Counted from the stretch's first letter, positions 1-13,454 are shown. The stretch: DNA of 64,000 nucleotides from Torpedo marmorata (GCA_977017645.1 OZ360242.1:61814001-61878000); one strand, 5' to 3'. Made by a program: numbers and translations. The notes: generated from the letters alone by a model not told the origin.

Positions 1-3000
1 CCAAATTTTGATGATGAGACTTTTATGCAAGATATATTTCTGAAGGTGGCAGGGGGGAGACAGAATGTGTTAATGGAAGGGGATTTTAACTTTTGTCTGG
101 ATCCCATTCTGGATAAGTCTGCAAAGACGGTAACAAGGGCCAGGGTGGCTAAAACCACTCTGGTCTTTATGAAAGATCTAAATTTAATAGATGCATGGAG
201 ACGGTTACACCCACAAGCCAGAGATTACTCCTTTTATTCTAAGCCCCATGATTCCTATACTAGAATTGATTACTTTTTAATGTCGGCACAGTTGGAAGGC
301 AGAGCGATCGAATTGGAATATTTAGCTAGACTATTATCAGATCATGCACCTTTGATTTTATCTATAGTTATGCCAGAAAAACAGACAGCTTATATAGATG
401 GCGCCTGAATTCTACGCTGTTGAAAAGGACAGATTTTTGTAACTTTATAAGGGGTCAGATAAATTTGTTTTGTGAAACAAATTGCCCCTCTACTAATAAT
501 AGCTTTTTAATATGGGATACTTTGAAGGCTTATTTGAGGGGGGCAAATAATTTCGTACACTAAAAATGTTAAGAAAAAGTATTTGGTGGAAGTAAACGAT
601 TTAGAATGAGAAATTCTAGAGTTTGAAAAGGAATATCAACAATCTGGCTCAAAGGAAAAATACCAAATTCTGGTAAAGAAGAAACTTAAGTACAACACTT
701 TACAAACATATCAAGTGGAGAAAGCTATTTTGAGATCTAAGCAAAAATATTATGAACTAGGCGAAAGGGCCCATAAGGTCTTGTCTTGGCAACTGAAGGC
801 AGAAGGGACATTGAGGACAATTAATGCGATTCAGTTAGGACCAGAAAAGATATCACATAACCCGAAAGAGATAAATGATATACTGTATTCAAGCAGTTCT
901 ATACAGAACTATATAAATCAGAGTCACCCAAAGACTTAACTAAGATAGACGATTTTTTTGTCCAAGATTGATCTGCCCAGATTGGACCAAGATGATCAGA
1001 CAAAATTAAACTCCCCTTTCTCCAGAGAGGAGATCAAAAAAGCCTTGAATACATTACAAGCTAATAAATCACCGGGGGAGGATGGTTTCCCGCCCGAGTT
1101 CTACAGAGAATTTAAAGAACTTCTGATGCCCCTTATTATGGATGTGGTCAACCGGGCAGCGGAGACACAGACACTACCAGAATCCTTTCTTTTCAACAGC
1201 TATTATTACAGTTATACCTAAGAAAAATAGAGATCCACTAAAGCCGTCTTCATATAGATCTATTTCATTGTTAAATGCTGATTATAAGATAATAGCTAAG
1301 GTATTAGCTAATAGATTAGGTCATTATTTACCAAAATTGATAAATCCAGATCAAGTCGGCTTTGTGAAGAGGAGACACTCTGCTAACAATTTGGGTAGAT
1401 TATTTAGTATAATACATTTGGCACAATCCAAAATAGACCCGAGCATGGCCGTGTCTTTAGACGCAGAAAAAGACTTTGATAGGCTGGAATGGCCTTTTTT
1501 ATTTAAAGTACTCAAAGTTCGGACTGGGACAATCATTTGTCCAATGGGTAAAAAACACTTTACTATAAACCCCGGGCTAAAATTATAACAAATGGGCAGA
1601 TATCGTCGACATTCTCACTGAGTAGATCTCATAGGCAGGGTTGCCCACTGTCTCCAGGGCTTTTTGTATTAGCAATTGAACCTTTAGCGGAAGTTATCAG
1701 GAGGAATCCAGAAATAAAGGGATTCAAGGTGGACCAGGTAGATCACAAGATTAACTTGTTTGCAGATTATGTATTGTTATATCGAACAGACCCGGCTGAG
1801 TCTTTGACCAAACTGCAGACTACACTGGAGGATTACGGTATGATTTCAGGATATAAAATAAATATAGACAAAAGTGAAATCATGCCACTGACGAAATTTG
1901 ATTATAAAAAATATCAACAGGGGAGTCGCTTTAAATGGCAGCCAGAAGGTATCAAGTATCTAGGGATAGTGACTGATAATAATCTACAGAATTTAGAAAA
2001 CTCAACTACCTCCCGATGCTTGGAAAGATTGAGGACGATTTAATTAGATGGAGAAGCCTGCCCATTACATTAGTGGGCAGGGTTAATTGTATCAAAATGA
2101 TGGTGATGCCGAAATTGCAATACCTTTTTCAATCTTTACCTATCCCTTTGCCACAAACTTTTTTCAAAACACTCAATGGATATGTAAGACAGTTCATCTG
2201 GAATGGTAAAGTTTCCAGAGTCTCCATGGAAAAGCTGACGTGGGATTATAAATTGGGGGGTTTACGATTACCAGATTTTAAGAAGTATTACTTAGCAGCC
2301 CAGTCGAGGTTTCTCTCATCCTTTTTTGAGGAGGGTGATATCCTTCCATGGGTCCAAATTGGACTAAATACTATAGGGGATAAAATAGCTAAGGGCTTTA
2401 TTTACAAATGGAATACCAAGTTAATATCAAAAAGAACGAACAACCCCATTCTGGAACATATGATTAAAATTTGGCAAGAAATCAATGAGTGTATTGGAGG
2501 AAAAGTTGGAATATCCCCCAAAACACCTCTGTTTCAAAATGAACTTATGCCCATGAATTTTGGTAATAAAATATTGAACATTTGGTATCAGAAGAGGATT
2601 CGGTATATTGAAGATTGTTATGATAATGGACAGCTTATGTCCTTTGAACAACTTAAAGATAAATATGATTTGTCTAATAGAACCTTTCACTGTTTTATCC
2701 AATTAAGATCCTTCCTGCGAGAAAGGTGGGGTCCTACAATGACTCCACCTACAAGCAACGAGGTAGAACAGTTACTTCGACTGGGAAATGCACTCAAATT
2801 TATATCCAGAATGTACTTTGTGCTCCAAGGCGAAAGCCCTAAGCCAGGTATACATAGATCGAGGGAGAGGTGGGAGTCGGACCTGGGTACGACAATTCAG
2901 GAGCGTTGCTGGTCAGACTGGTGTAGGAATAGTATGACGACGGTTATTAATGCTAGATACAGGTTGGTCCAGTATAATTTCTTGCACCAACTATATCTCA

Positions 3001-4010
3001 CATCACAAAAGTTACACAAATCAAAATCCGAAATATCAGAAATGTGTTTCAGATGTGGTGGAGAAATTGGAACTTTCCTGCACTACACTTGGTCCTGTGC
3101 AAAGGTACGACCCTTTTGATATGATATATCTAATACACTAACCAGAATTACAGGGGTGGCCTTTCCACTGGACCCAGAGTTGTATCTCCTAGGAAATCTA
3201 ATGGACATAAGCTACAAATTATCTAAATTCCAAATTCAATTTGTGCTCGTTGCTTTGTCCATAGCAAAAAAATGCATAGCAGTCACTTGGAAGTCCGACT
3301 CCCCCCTTCTTATCACTCGATGGTCAGCAGAAATGCGCAGCTGTATTCCTATGGAGAAAATCACATATAATCTTAGGAATAAATATGATACATTTGTCAA
3401 TGTGTGGCAACCATACCTAGAGTATATTGGTGTCCAGTTATAATTTAAACCCTAAAGTACAGTACAATGTAATGTATAAATATTTAATGGTGTGATGTCT
3501 CCAAGAAGGTTGAAAAATCATTGTAAGCACTGACGGTACGTTTAGTTGTTTTTTTCCATTTTCTTTTTTAAATCTCTTTATTCATTCCATAAAATCATGG
3601 ATATAACAGTTCATTCACTATATACGTTTACAGGAAAAAAAAGCAAAGAAAAGCATTATCACATGTTCCATTAATCCATCCATAACAGAGTATACGTTAC
3701 AGATATATATCAATTTTTTTTCTTTACAATTTAGTATAATACCAATAGGTATAAAAAGAACCAAGCCACAAAAAAAAAGATAATATAGTAATTTCATCAT
3801 AATACATTTTTTTTATAAAAGCGAAAGCAATATTTTTTCCAATTTCTTTTTCCTTTTCTTTTGTATGTTTTCTTTTTTCTTTTTATGTTTTTTCTTTTTA
3901 GTTGGGGGAGGGAGGGAGAGTTTAATAATAATGTTGTCTATAATTGGAAACTATATTTTTTGTTTATATTGTGGACTTTTCGTGAAAATTAAAAAATAAT
4001 TTTTTTTTTT
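1..4010 (+). mobile_element. L1-clade LINE, decayed ORF2 (APE endonuclease, RT, C-terminal Cys motif) plus 3' UTR; 5' part lies outside the window
   Basis: Successive frameshifted ORFs 25-3443 carry the endonuclease motifs GDFN, DAWR, TRIDYF and SDHAP, the RT motifs KSPGEDG, YRSISLLNADYKI, SLDAEKDFD, RQGCPLSP and LFADY, and C-terminal CFRC..GTFLHYTWSC and EKITY..F.NVWQPY. A T-rich 3' UTR with a G-run follows. Confidence 0.95.
3569..3832 (-). mobile_element. short antisense retroelement 3' tail (L1-type) nested in the L1 3' UTR
   Basis: The minus strand ends GAATAAAGAGATTTAAAAAA. It is flanked by near-identical 19-mers TTTTTTCCATTTTCTTTTT (3550-3568) and TTTTTTCCAATTTCTTTTT (3833-3851), read as a target-site duplication (TSD). 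Confidence 0.65.
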
Positions 4011-4099
4011 TTTAAACTAATTGAGAAAGCCAAAGGTTCAAGCAAGAAAACATCATTTTCGGATCAGTGGGAGGCACTGCCTCTGTCTGAGACACAGGG

Positions 4100-4815
4100 A
4101 TAAGAATTTAGCAGACTATCCAAGATGACATGACAGTGAAGCGCTAAGAGAATGTTGCCCCATTGGAAATACCATCTTTTGAATGACAACCCGTACCAGG
4201 ACATCATCTGCCCAGATGTCATTGACGTAGAGAAATCCAGCTACTACTTCAAAGAGAGTTAGGAGCTGTCCCTAAACTAATAAAGGATAAAACAGTCAAG
4301 CACAATCAAAGGCCCTTCGGCCCACGATGACTGCGCTGAACATGCACATGATCCATATCCCTCCATTTCTTGCATAGAAGCCTCCTCGACACTACTGTGA
4401 TATCTGCTTCCACCACTACTCCTGGCAGCCCATTCTAGGCACCTACCACTCTGTGTAAAAAATGCCCTGTTCATTTTCTTTAAACTCCCCCCTCCACCTT
4501 AAATGTGAATCCTCTGGTATTTGACATGTTTACCCTGGGAAAAGATTCTGATTGTCTACTCTATAAATGCCTCTCACAAGTTCCCCTCAGACTCTGACAT
4601 GCAGAGAAAACAACACAAGTTTGTCCAACCAATACCAAGAAAACAAATGATCTGATAATTATAAGATGGCAATCTGTGGGATTTTGCTGTGCACAATTTC
4701 CATGTTACCTTTAGTTGTTCCTAAATTACATTTCCAAAATACTTAATAGTCAACAAAATTACTTCAGAACATTTTGAGATGGTAAAAAGTTCTGGATTAA
4801 TAAAAATACTTGTAT
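4100..4815 (+). mobile_element. old Deu-domain SINE (SacSINE1/AmnSINE-like) split by a CR1 fragment
   Basis: 4140-4280 and 4630-4815 resemble the Deu domain and its tail (GACGTAGAGAAATCC..TTCAAAGAGAG..; CTGTGGGATTTTGCTGTGCACAA). Highly diverged and recognised by eye. Confidence 0.45.
4285..4630 (-). mobile_element. CR1 (HER1-like) LINE 3' fragment
   Basis: Contains AGGCCCTTCGGCCCAC (reverse complement of the CR1/HE1 tail) and CCATTCTAGGCACCTACCACTCTGTGTAAAAAA (reverse complement of the FFTQ.VVG.WN region). Confidence 0.75.
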
Positions 4816-5059
4816 TTTTAAATTTATCAGATACAGATGTAACTCTTTTCATGTTAAATATAGCTTTTCCCTCCATCTTTTCAACAGTCATTTAGACTAA
4901 CTATATCAACAACCAAACAATATCCATAACTCTAACTCAGTTACAGAAGAATGAATATATGTTCAAGGGTTCTGAAAGAGCTGATGGTTCACATGACAAA
5001 AGATTGCCTCCAGCATTACAGTGGATGAAAATTAATACAGTAGAGATCAATGTACTTTA

Positions 5060-5842
5060 AACTAGAGAAGCTTCACTGATACATATGTTTTGGGAATGCC
5101 CTAATCTGGAGAGATTTTGGAAGGATATTTTTAAATCTTTATCATTGATTTTTAAGATTAATATTGAACCATGTCCTATAATTGCTCTGTTTGGTTTTTC
5201 ACGTGAACTTAACATACCTTTGTCTGCATCACAGGAAAAAGTTTTAGCTTTTTCCACGTTGATTGCCAGACGAGCAATTTTATTGAAATGGAAAGATGAG
5301 TTATCACCGACACATAGACAGTGGTTACTAGATGTAATGTCCTTTCTGAGATTGGAGAAAATTAGATATAATATTAAAGATAGAAAGTTTCAATTTTTAA
5401 AGATCTGGGGGCCATTCATTGAATACTATCATGATTGGAAGAATTAACAAAGCTGACTATCCCGAGGACTCTCTGTCCGATGCTTGGAGGTCGCTACAGG
5501 ATCCATGCCCTTTTTTTTGTTCTTTTCCTTTCTTTTCCTTCCTTTTTCCGATATCAAGGTAACCTTGCTTAGAGGGAGGGGTTAGAATAGATTAGTTATT
5601 AGTGTTATTTTGTCTTTTTTTTTTCTTTTTATTTTATTTTCAATTGATTTTTTTAAGATAATTATACGGAACTAGTTTTAACCTATATTCAGAATTTAGT
5701 ACCAAAATTTACTTAATTTTTTTTATATATATATACATGTATGAATACTAGCTGATTTTTTGAATGTTTTTCTTAATTCTGTTTCTCTGTATACACGTTT
5801 ATTGTTGAAACTCAATAAAAATATTTTAAAAAGAAAGAAAAG
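5060..5842 (+). mobile_element. 5'-truncated L1 (ORF2 C-terminus, 3' UTR, polyA)
   Basis: ORF 5085-5447 reads (ASLIH)MFWECP..FW..ARRAILLKWK..LEKIRY..F.KIWGPF. AATAAA at about 5814 is followed by an A-rich tail. Confidence 0.9.
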
Positions 5843-6263
5843 AGATGTAACTAAGGTAGTTATGATCCACTTCTGAAAACATTAGAAATGAATCCCACAA
5901 ATTACTGCAATCAAATAAAAATACAATTGTTTGCTTTTTTAGTTCAGTCAATGTGATTGTATATGTTTTACAGTTATGTTTTTAAGCTCTCTGCATTTTA
6001 GAGTCCTTAAGAAGTCACTTATGCATTTCCATGTGCAATCTAATAACAATGTACCTACTTCTCTGAGTAATGTAGTGGCTTTGTGAACATGTGCTGAAAT
6101 GATCTGATAGCTTCCAACCCAATATCCCTGATGTCCAAATAGTGTTAGATCATCTAGAAAATGGGCACATTCCATTTAGAAGATTATAAAATGATTAAAA
6201 ATGAAATAGTATTTCAAAAAAATACATATTTCTTAAAAATGAATTTCTAGGCAGTTGTTAGGT

Positions 6264-6592
6264 CAAGGGAAGCCAACCTTTTTTGGTTGTAGGCCACAGA
6301 CAGAAAAATATAAGGAGTCACGGGCCCAAACAATATTAAGCCCGGCAGTTTTCAACCACCGTCGGCTCCTTTTACAGGCCGTTTAAAGCCTGCACAGAGC
6401 CAACGCCAGTATAACTGGGTGGCTGGACCCCGCGGGGGAGCGCTGAGACTTCACTCCCTGCTCTCCGCAGATGCGCACCAGCGCTGCCATTACAGCAGCT
6501 CTGGCAGCGCCACAATTTTTTATTCTAACTGACCACTTATAAATGGGCAACGGACCGCGGTTGTCCCGGGGGCCGTAGTTTGGTCACCCCTG
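6264..6592. mobile_element. hAT/Charlie-like MITE
   Basis: The right end GGCCGTAGTTTGGTCACCCCTG is typical of MER30/MER58-like ends. The left end CAAGGGAAGCCAACC is a degenerate match. The interior is GC- and CpG-rich. The TSD is poorly conserved. Confidence 0.55.
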
Positions 6593-8169
6593 GAGTAGAT
6601 TATTAGATCAGCACAACACTGTGGGCTGAAGGGCCTGTACTGTGCTATAGATTTCTATGTTCTACATCAACTAAAATCATTTTAAAAACACAAAAAAATC
6701 AAAACCATTAAACAATACATAAATAATGAGAAAAGGTAAGTTATCTTATTCTTACTCAAAGCCCTCAATCCCTTTTGAGATCAGTAGGGTCATAGTTTCT
6801 AAACCAGATTTAATCTAGCATGGGTTTTGAGAATAAATTCCCATTTAAACACCAGTGACTCTCAACAATATCCTGCTCCACCACTGGAGGTTCTACATTT
6901 GGATGGGGGTCCCAACACTTACAAGTGTTTCTGCTGAGAAATGCTGATAATTCTACCTGTCTGCAGACCTTGTTTTACTGACTCTGCATCATTCATTCTG
7001 GTGAACTTGTACAAAGTGCTCACTTACCAGTGATGTACAAAAAGAATCAAAGTGAACATTGCATGGGATTTGAGCCAAATATGTGGAGGTGAGTTCAAAT
7101 AGCAGCTATTATTCTTGATTGTGTACTGCAATGGCAAATAAAGGCAAATTTATTTTCTTTAGTGACTGATTAACTTTCAATTATGTTCATATTTCTGCAT
7201 GAAATAAATCTCAGAAGTTTTAATATGTCTAGTCCATGAGTCTCTGAGTGTTTCAGATGTTTCTGCTTTTTTAGTTTAATGCACCTCCGTCTTCACAGAC
7301 CTGCACCAAGACATCCCTGTTCAATCACTCAAGAACAGAGTAGTCTCATGGCTGCCATTGACTCCCATTTACTGCAGTGGTGTGAGAAAGAGAGAGAGAG
7401 GTCGTTGAAAAAAAGAGGGGCAAACATAGAGATGGGGAGAAGAGTGCGATGTTTATCATTGGTAGCGTCAATGGTAGAGAGGGAGAGGAATAAGGAGGCC
7501 GACTCATGCTTTTGCTTCTTATTTGTGACAATTATCATTCTCAGTGTACTGTGGAAATTGCATTGATCATTAATGATATAAATTGGAATGAATTCAACAC
7601 TGCTGTGCTAGTTTTCTCTAAAAGAGACTGTCTTGTTGTCGCTAAGACTATAAAGATTAACTTGAATTGTGCAAAAGTAGAGCAAGGGGGAGTAGAGGAA
7701 ACAAGAGAAGGCTCGTAAGAGAGGGTGGCAGAAATCTATATACAAATCAACAAGACTGGAGCAGTTTAGCAATGATTGTGTAGGCTGCGTCTGTTTACTT
7801 TGGAATAAAGGAGGATGAGCGGTGATTCAAATGAGGCATAAGAATTATAAAATAGACCTTTCCATTGGCTGATGAATCAATAACCGGAGCAAAGATTTAA
7901 ATGACTTGGTAGAAAGGTTAGAGGAAACGAGGAGAAATACTTTCATCCAGAAGTGACTGGGGGTGTGAAACTTACTGCTTGATGTTGTGGAGACAGATAC
8001 TGCTTGTGCATTTCCCGCTAGGGGAGCTACAACATACAAGCTTACATTTGGAGTTCTGGAAGATGGGATCAGTCTGGCTAGCACAGTCAGAAAGGTTCAA
8101 ATGGCCTCTTTCTGTGCCATATTTCAATGCTTCTGCGATTGAGTCAACATCTAACTGGTGTTCCCGCAG

Positions 8170-8268
8170 GTTCCCGAGGCTCGGAATCAAGCCCTTCCCA
8201 TCTGTCTCCAGTGCAGCCCACCACCACTGCATCTGAGGAAATCTGGGTGCTACGGAAACCGTTTGCAG
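8170..8268 (+). CDS. CASKIN1: CASKIN1 coding exon containing the CASK-interaction motif
   Basis: ccgcag|GT...GCAG|gtagag, 99 nt, phase 1-1. Encodes (G)SRGSESSPSHLSPVQPTTTASEEIWVLRKPFA(G); EEIWVLRKPFAG is the Caskin1-specific CASK-binding motif. Confidence 0.95.
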
Positions 8269-8830
8269 GTAGAGTCAGTGAAAGTATGTCCCAGCAAATG
8301 TTATTCCTGCCGCAACAATGAACTCTAACGTCCTCAATGTAACTCCTACTGAGTTCATCCTGGTTCAGACTTCACCAGCCAAAACAAAATTAAATTTGAT
8401 CACTTTCAGACAGGCTCTTTAACCAGATGAACAGTATACATGTGCACACATGTACATTGTATGCTTTAATGATTATAGGGAATGGGGTATTCCTGCTGCT
8501 GGGTTACCCCAAAGTGCACAGGTCCTTGTCTCCCAATCAACATCAGTGTGCCAGATTACCTCCTTACTTTTTCTGAGATTGTTTGCATAATTGGCTGCTG
8601 CATTTCCCACATCAAGAATTCAAGAAGCCCACTTTATCAGCTGTAAAGTGTTTTAGGGCACTCTAAAACCACAAAAGATGCAACAGAAATGCATTTTTTC
8701 TCTTCTTATGTGTTGTTATGTTTTGTGTGTTTTATGTACCTGGGAAACTGTACCAAGTAGGAATTTCATTCCACCTGTACATTGTACTTATGTATATGAC
8801 AATAAGCTACATTCATTCAAATATTTAGAG

Positions 8831-9203
8831 CAGTGGTTTTCAAACTGCCCCCTAAACTTACATTCCACCTTAAGCAAACCCTATGCCATAAATGCTCTGT
8901 GATTAGTAAGGGATTGCTTAAGGTGATATGTGAGTGGGAAGGGAAGGTTGAGAACCACTGCTCTAGACCCAATTGTTACTGAAATATTTTGCTTGAGAAA
9001 AATTGTCATTGGCCCATTTCCTTTGGAGTTATGAAACCGTGCACATAACGAGTCAATTAGGTACGATTAAAACAGTGGTTGTCAAACTTTTTCTTTCCAC
9101 TCACATACCACCTTAAGCAATCCCTTACTAATCACAGAGCATTTATGGCATAGGGTTTGCTTAAGGTGGAATGTGAGTTTGGGGGGCAGTTTGAAAACCA
9201 CTG
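8831..9203. mobile_element. composite hAT MITE: two ~130-bp CAGTGGTT...AACCACTG units in inverted orientation around a 112-bp core
   Basis: Units at 8831-8960 and 9073-9203 are near-perfect reverse complements. Outer 8-bp TSD is ATTTAGAG / ATTTAGAA. Confidence 0.9.
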
Positions 9204-9335
9204 ATTTAGAACAAAGAACAATCTCCTTGGGGCATCATGTTTGCATTGACCATGATGTCAATCTAGACTAATCCCATCTGCCTGCGCATGGACCATTTCC
9301 CTCTATTCCCAACCCGTTCTTATGTCTATCTAAAT

Positions 9336-9465
9336 CAGTGGTTCTCAACCTTTTTTTTCACTCACATTCCACCTTAAGTAATTCCTATGCCATAGGTGCT
9401 CTGTGATTAGTAAGGGATTACTTAAGGTGGTATGTGAGTGGGAAAAAAAAGGTTGAGAACCACTG
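9336..9465. mobile_element. 130-bp palindromic hAT (Charlie-type) MITE
   Basis: TIRs CAGTGGTTCTCAACC / GGTTGAGAACCACTG with a perfect 8-bp TSD ATCTAAAT (9328-9335, 9466-9473). Confidence 0.95.
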
Positions 9466-10444
9466 ATCTAAATGTAATCACACTTATAATACCTCTCCTG
9501 GCAGCACATTGTCACCCAGTGGCCTTTTCACCAGCAGTTACATAATTCTCTGGTTACCAGATGTCGTCTTGTTTTCCCAATTGCATTATCTAATTTGTCC
9601 ATCTCTTCTCACAACAAAGCACTGATTGCATTATCGCTCTCCTCATGACCACCGATATCACAACCTGTTCAGATGCAGTCTAATTCCTGGATTGGAACTT
9701 GCAAGGAAACCTTCTGGTTGGTGTAAACCAGCCATTCTCAGCCTTTTTTTTTTCGGCTATGACCCCCTTTGGACTCTGTTCAAAGTTTATGGGTTCCCTT
9801 CACTGTGAAGCAGTCAAGTTTTGGTTTCTTCCATACCTCTCTCCTGCGGACTACATAAAAATATTTACATTACGCGAGGTGAAAAGAAAACAAGGTTTTT
9901 ATTTACATGTGCTGTGGTCATCAGGGGAGAATGGCTGGTGTAAACCATTCCTGTTTAATTCGGCATTCAACTAGTTAACAGACAATCTCTTGGCTTCTCG
10001 GCCCAACATGAACAATCATTGCACAAAATGCCTGAAGTGTATTGCATTCTCTGATGAATAACAGCAGCAGCCAAGATCAATTTCCTACAATTTATTTTGA
10101 AGCATCAATATCAGCATTGAAAACTGCACATTGGTAACGTCAAATGAAACTTCTCTTACTGTAGCAAATTCAGTGAAAATCTTCCAGGAATTTTAGAAAG
10201 GAATGTTAAAGACCTTCTGAAAGTATTTATTCAAGTATTTGTAAAGAGTGAGTTGAAATATGTGGTTCATGGCCTATTGTACAAAAAGTCAATTTGCTCA
10301 GAAGACCGACATTGCTTACGGAAACTACAGCAGCTTCTTCCAACAAAAGAAAAAACATAGGAGATTGATCTTAGCTCAGAGGGTAAAAAGAATGGGAATA
10401 TATCTAGAACAAAAATACAGCAGGTGGAGGATAATTACACATAA

Positions 10445-13238
10445 ATTACAATCCTTGGAGAACAAATTTGATGAACTCCAAGCCAGACTTCAACATCAGA
10501 GTCATCAGGGAGTGCTGCGTGATGTGCTTTACAGAAACATGTCTAAATGCGGATATTCCGGACACGGCGCTGCAGCCCAAGGGCTACACCCTCCATCGCG
10601 CTGACTGAAAAACCAGGGAAGGCGGCATTTGTGTCATCATCAATTCATCGTGATGCACAGACATGACGGTCATGTCCCAGTCCTGCTCCCCCGACCTGGA
10701 ACATCTGGCGATCAAGTGTCGCCCATTCTACCTCCCGAGGGAGGTCACCACCATCATCCTGGTCGCAGTGTACATTCCACCCCAGGCTAACGTCAGGCTG
10801 GCAATGGAGGGACTGAGCACTATGATAAACAGCCATGAGACAGCACATCCTGATGCCTTCCCGATCATTGTGGGGGACTTCAATCAGGCCAACCTGAAGA
10901 AGTCTCTGACAAACTACCACCACACATCACATGTGAGACCAGGGGAACAAACACGCTCGACCACTGCTACACCATCATGAAGAACGCATACCGAGCCATA
11001 CCACGACCGCACTTCGGCAAGTCTGATCACCTGGCTGTATTTCTACTCCCGGCGAACAAGCAGAGGCTGAAGACCACAGCACCAGTGGTGAGGACGGCGA
11101 AAGTATGGTCAAGGGAGGTGGAGGAGCGTCTGCAGGACTGCTTTGAATTGGTGGACTGGAACATAGTCAAGAACTCATCCATAGACCTGAATGAATATGT
11201 AACAGGTGTCACCGACTTCATCAAGATCTGCGTGGATGAGTGTGTGCCCACGCGCACATACCGGGTGTTCCCCAACCAGAAGCCCTGGATGAATCAGAGA
11301 ATTCGCAACCTGCTGAGGGTGAGAACAAGGGCGTTTAAGGCTGAGGATCGGGATCTTTACAAGAAGTCCAGGCACGACCTGCAGAAGGCCATCTCTGAAG
11401 CAAAGTGGCAAATCCGGAGGAAGCTAGAGCAGAGACAGATACACGCCAGCTATGGCAGGGAGTGCAGGCCATTACAGCCTACAAAGTGAGGGCGAACACA
11501 ATTGACAGCTGTGATGCTTCACTACCCGATGAGCTGAACACCTTCTATGCCCGTTTTGAGAGGAAGAACCAAACAGTGCCTACTAGAATCACTGAAAAGG
11601 CTGAGGACCCTGTAATATCTGTCTCTGAGGGCGACGTCAGAACATCATTCAAGAGGGTGAACCCGCGCAAGGCGACAGGCCCTGATGGCGTACCTGGCAG
11701 GGTACTGAAAATCTGCGCCAACCAACTAGCCGGAGTGTTCACGGACATTTTCAAACTCTCATTGCGGCAGTCAGAGATTCCCACCTGCTTCAAAAGGGCA
11801 TCAATCATCCCGGTACCCAAGAAGAGTAGTGTAAGCTGCCTCAACGACTACCACCCAGTAGTACTAACTGATAATGCTTTGAAAGGCTGGTCATGGCCAG
11901 AATTAATACATACCTAAGCAAAGATCTGGACCCACTGCAATTCGCCTATCGTCACAATCGCTCCACAGCAGATGCAATATCGCTGACTCTCCACTCAGCT
12001 CTGGATCACCTAGAAAACAGCAATTCATACATACGGTTGCTCTTCATCGACTACAGCTCGGCCTTCAATACCATTATTCCCTCAGTGCTGGTCAAGAAGC
12101 TACAAACTCTAGGCCTCTGTACCCCCCTCTGCAACTGGATCCTTGACTTTCTCATCGGAAGACCACAGTCAGTACGAATTGGAAACAACGTCTCCTCCTC
12201 ACTGATTATCAACACAGGCGCACCCCAAGGATGCATGCTTAGCCCACTGCTCTACTCGTTATACACCCATGACTGTGTGGCCAGGCACAATTCCAATGCC
12301 ATCTACAAGTTTTCCGATGACACCACAGTTGTCGGCAGAATCACAAACGGCAATGAGGAAGCGTACAGGAGGGAGATAGATCAGCTCGTTGAATGGTGTA
12401 ACGACCACAACCTTGCGCTCAACGTCAGCAAAACCAAGGAGATGATTGTGGACTTCAGGAGGAAGTCAGGGGAACACGATGCAATCCTCATTGAGGGCTC
12501 AGTAGTGGAGAGGGTCAAGAACTTCAAATTCCTGGGTGTCAACATCTCCGAGGATCTGTCCTGAAGCCTCCACGTTGATGCAATCACAAAGAAGGCTCGC
12601 CAGCGGCTATATTTTGTGAGGTGTCTGAGGAGATTCGGTATGTCACCGAAGACTCTCGTAAACCTCTTCAGGTGTACCGTGTAGAGCATTCTGGCTGGTT
12701 GCATCACTGCCTGGTATGGAGGCGCCAACTCTCAGGACAAGAATAAACTCCAGAGGGTTGTTAGATTTCAGATTCAGATTTCAGATTTATTGTCAGAGTA
12801 CATACATGACATCACATACAACCCTGAGATTCCTTTTTTCCTGCGGTCGCGGCAGAATTAACTCGGCCTGTGACATCACAGGCACCAGACTTCACTCCAT
12901 CGAGGACATCTACATGAGGCGGTGTCTTAAAAAAGCAGTCTCTATCCTCAAAGACCCCCTCCACCCAGGCCATGCCCTCTTCACTCTGCTACCATCGGGA
13001 AAAAGGTACAGGAGCCTAAAGGCGAGCACTCAACGGCACAAGGACAGCTTCTTCCCCGTTGCCATCAGATTCCTAAATAATCAATGAACCAAAGACACTG
13101 CCTTGCTTTTCGTGCACTATTATTTATAATGTTTTTATAGTATTGTCGTAAGATGGTTATAATATGAATGTTTGCACTATGATGCTGCTGCAAAACACCG
13201 AATTTCATGACTTGTTCATGACAATAGATTCTGATTCT
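10445..13238 (+). mobile_element. Rex1/Babar LINE, near full-length endonuclease + RT, inactivated
   Basis: QSLENKFDEL..CCVMCFTET..PFYLPRE..VYIPP..GDFN..FGKSDH; [40 protein letters not shown]; 3' tail ATGACAATAGATTCTGATTCTG. Contains frameshifts and stops. Confidence 0.95.
12763..12859 (-). mobile_element. 97-bp 3' tail of a second Rex1 family inserted antisense into the Rex1 copy
   Basis: Interrupts the host GGGTTGTT^AACTCGGCC. The sequence matches the 3' ends at 28878 and 60836 (TCAGATTTATTGTCAGAGTACATACATGACATCACATACAACC). Confidence 0.9.
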
Positions 13239-13454
13239 GCATGAAATCAATCCTACCCACTCACTAGGCATGATTATCAAGGGATTCACCCAGACATCTG
13301 CACTCTGATAGGAGATAGTGTGGTGACTATAAGAAGCAATTCTGGAAATTAAGGGGAGTTAGGGTAACTGGTTAGCTCACAGAACTAGCACAATGCATAA
13401 TGAACTCAAATGTACTCCTTTTCTGCTGTATGCATCCATCAATTAGATTATCGT

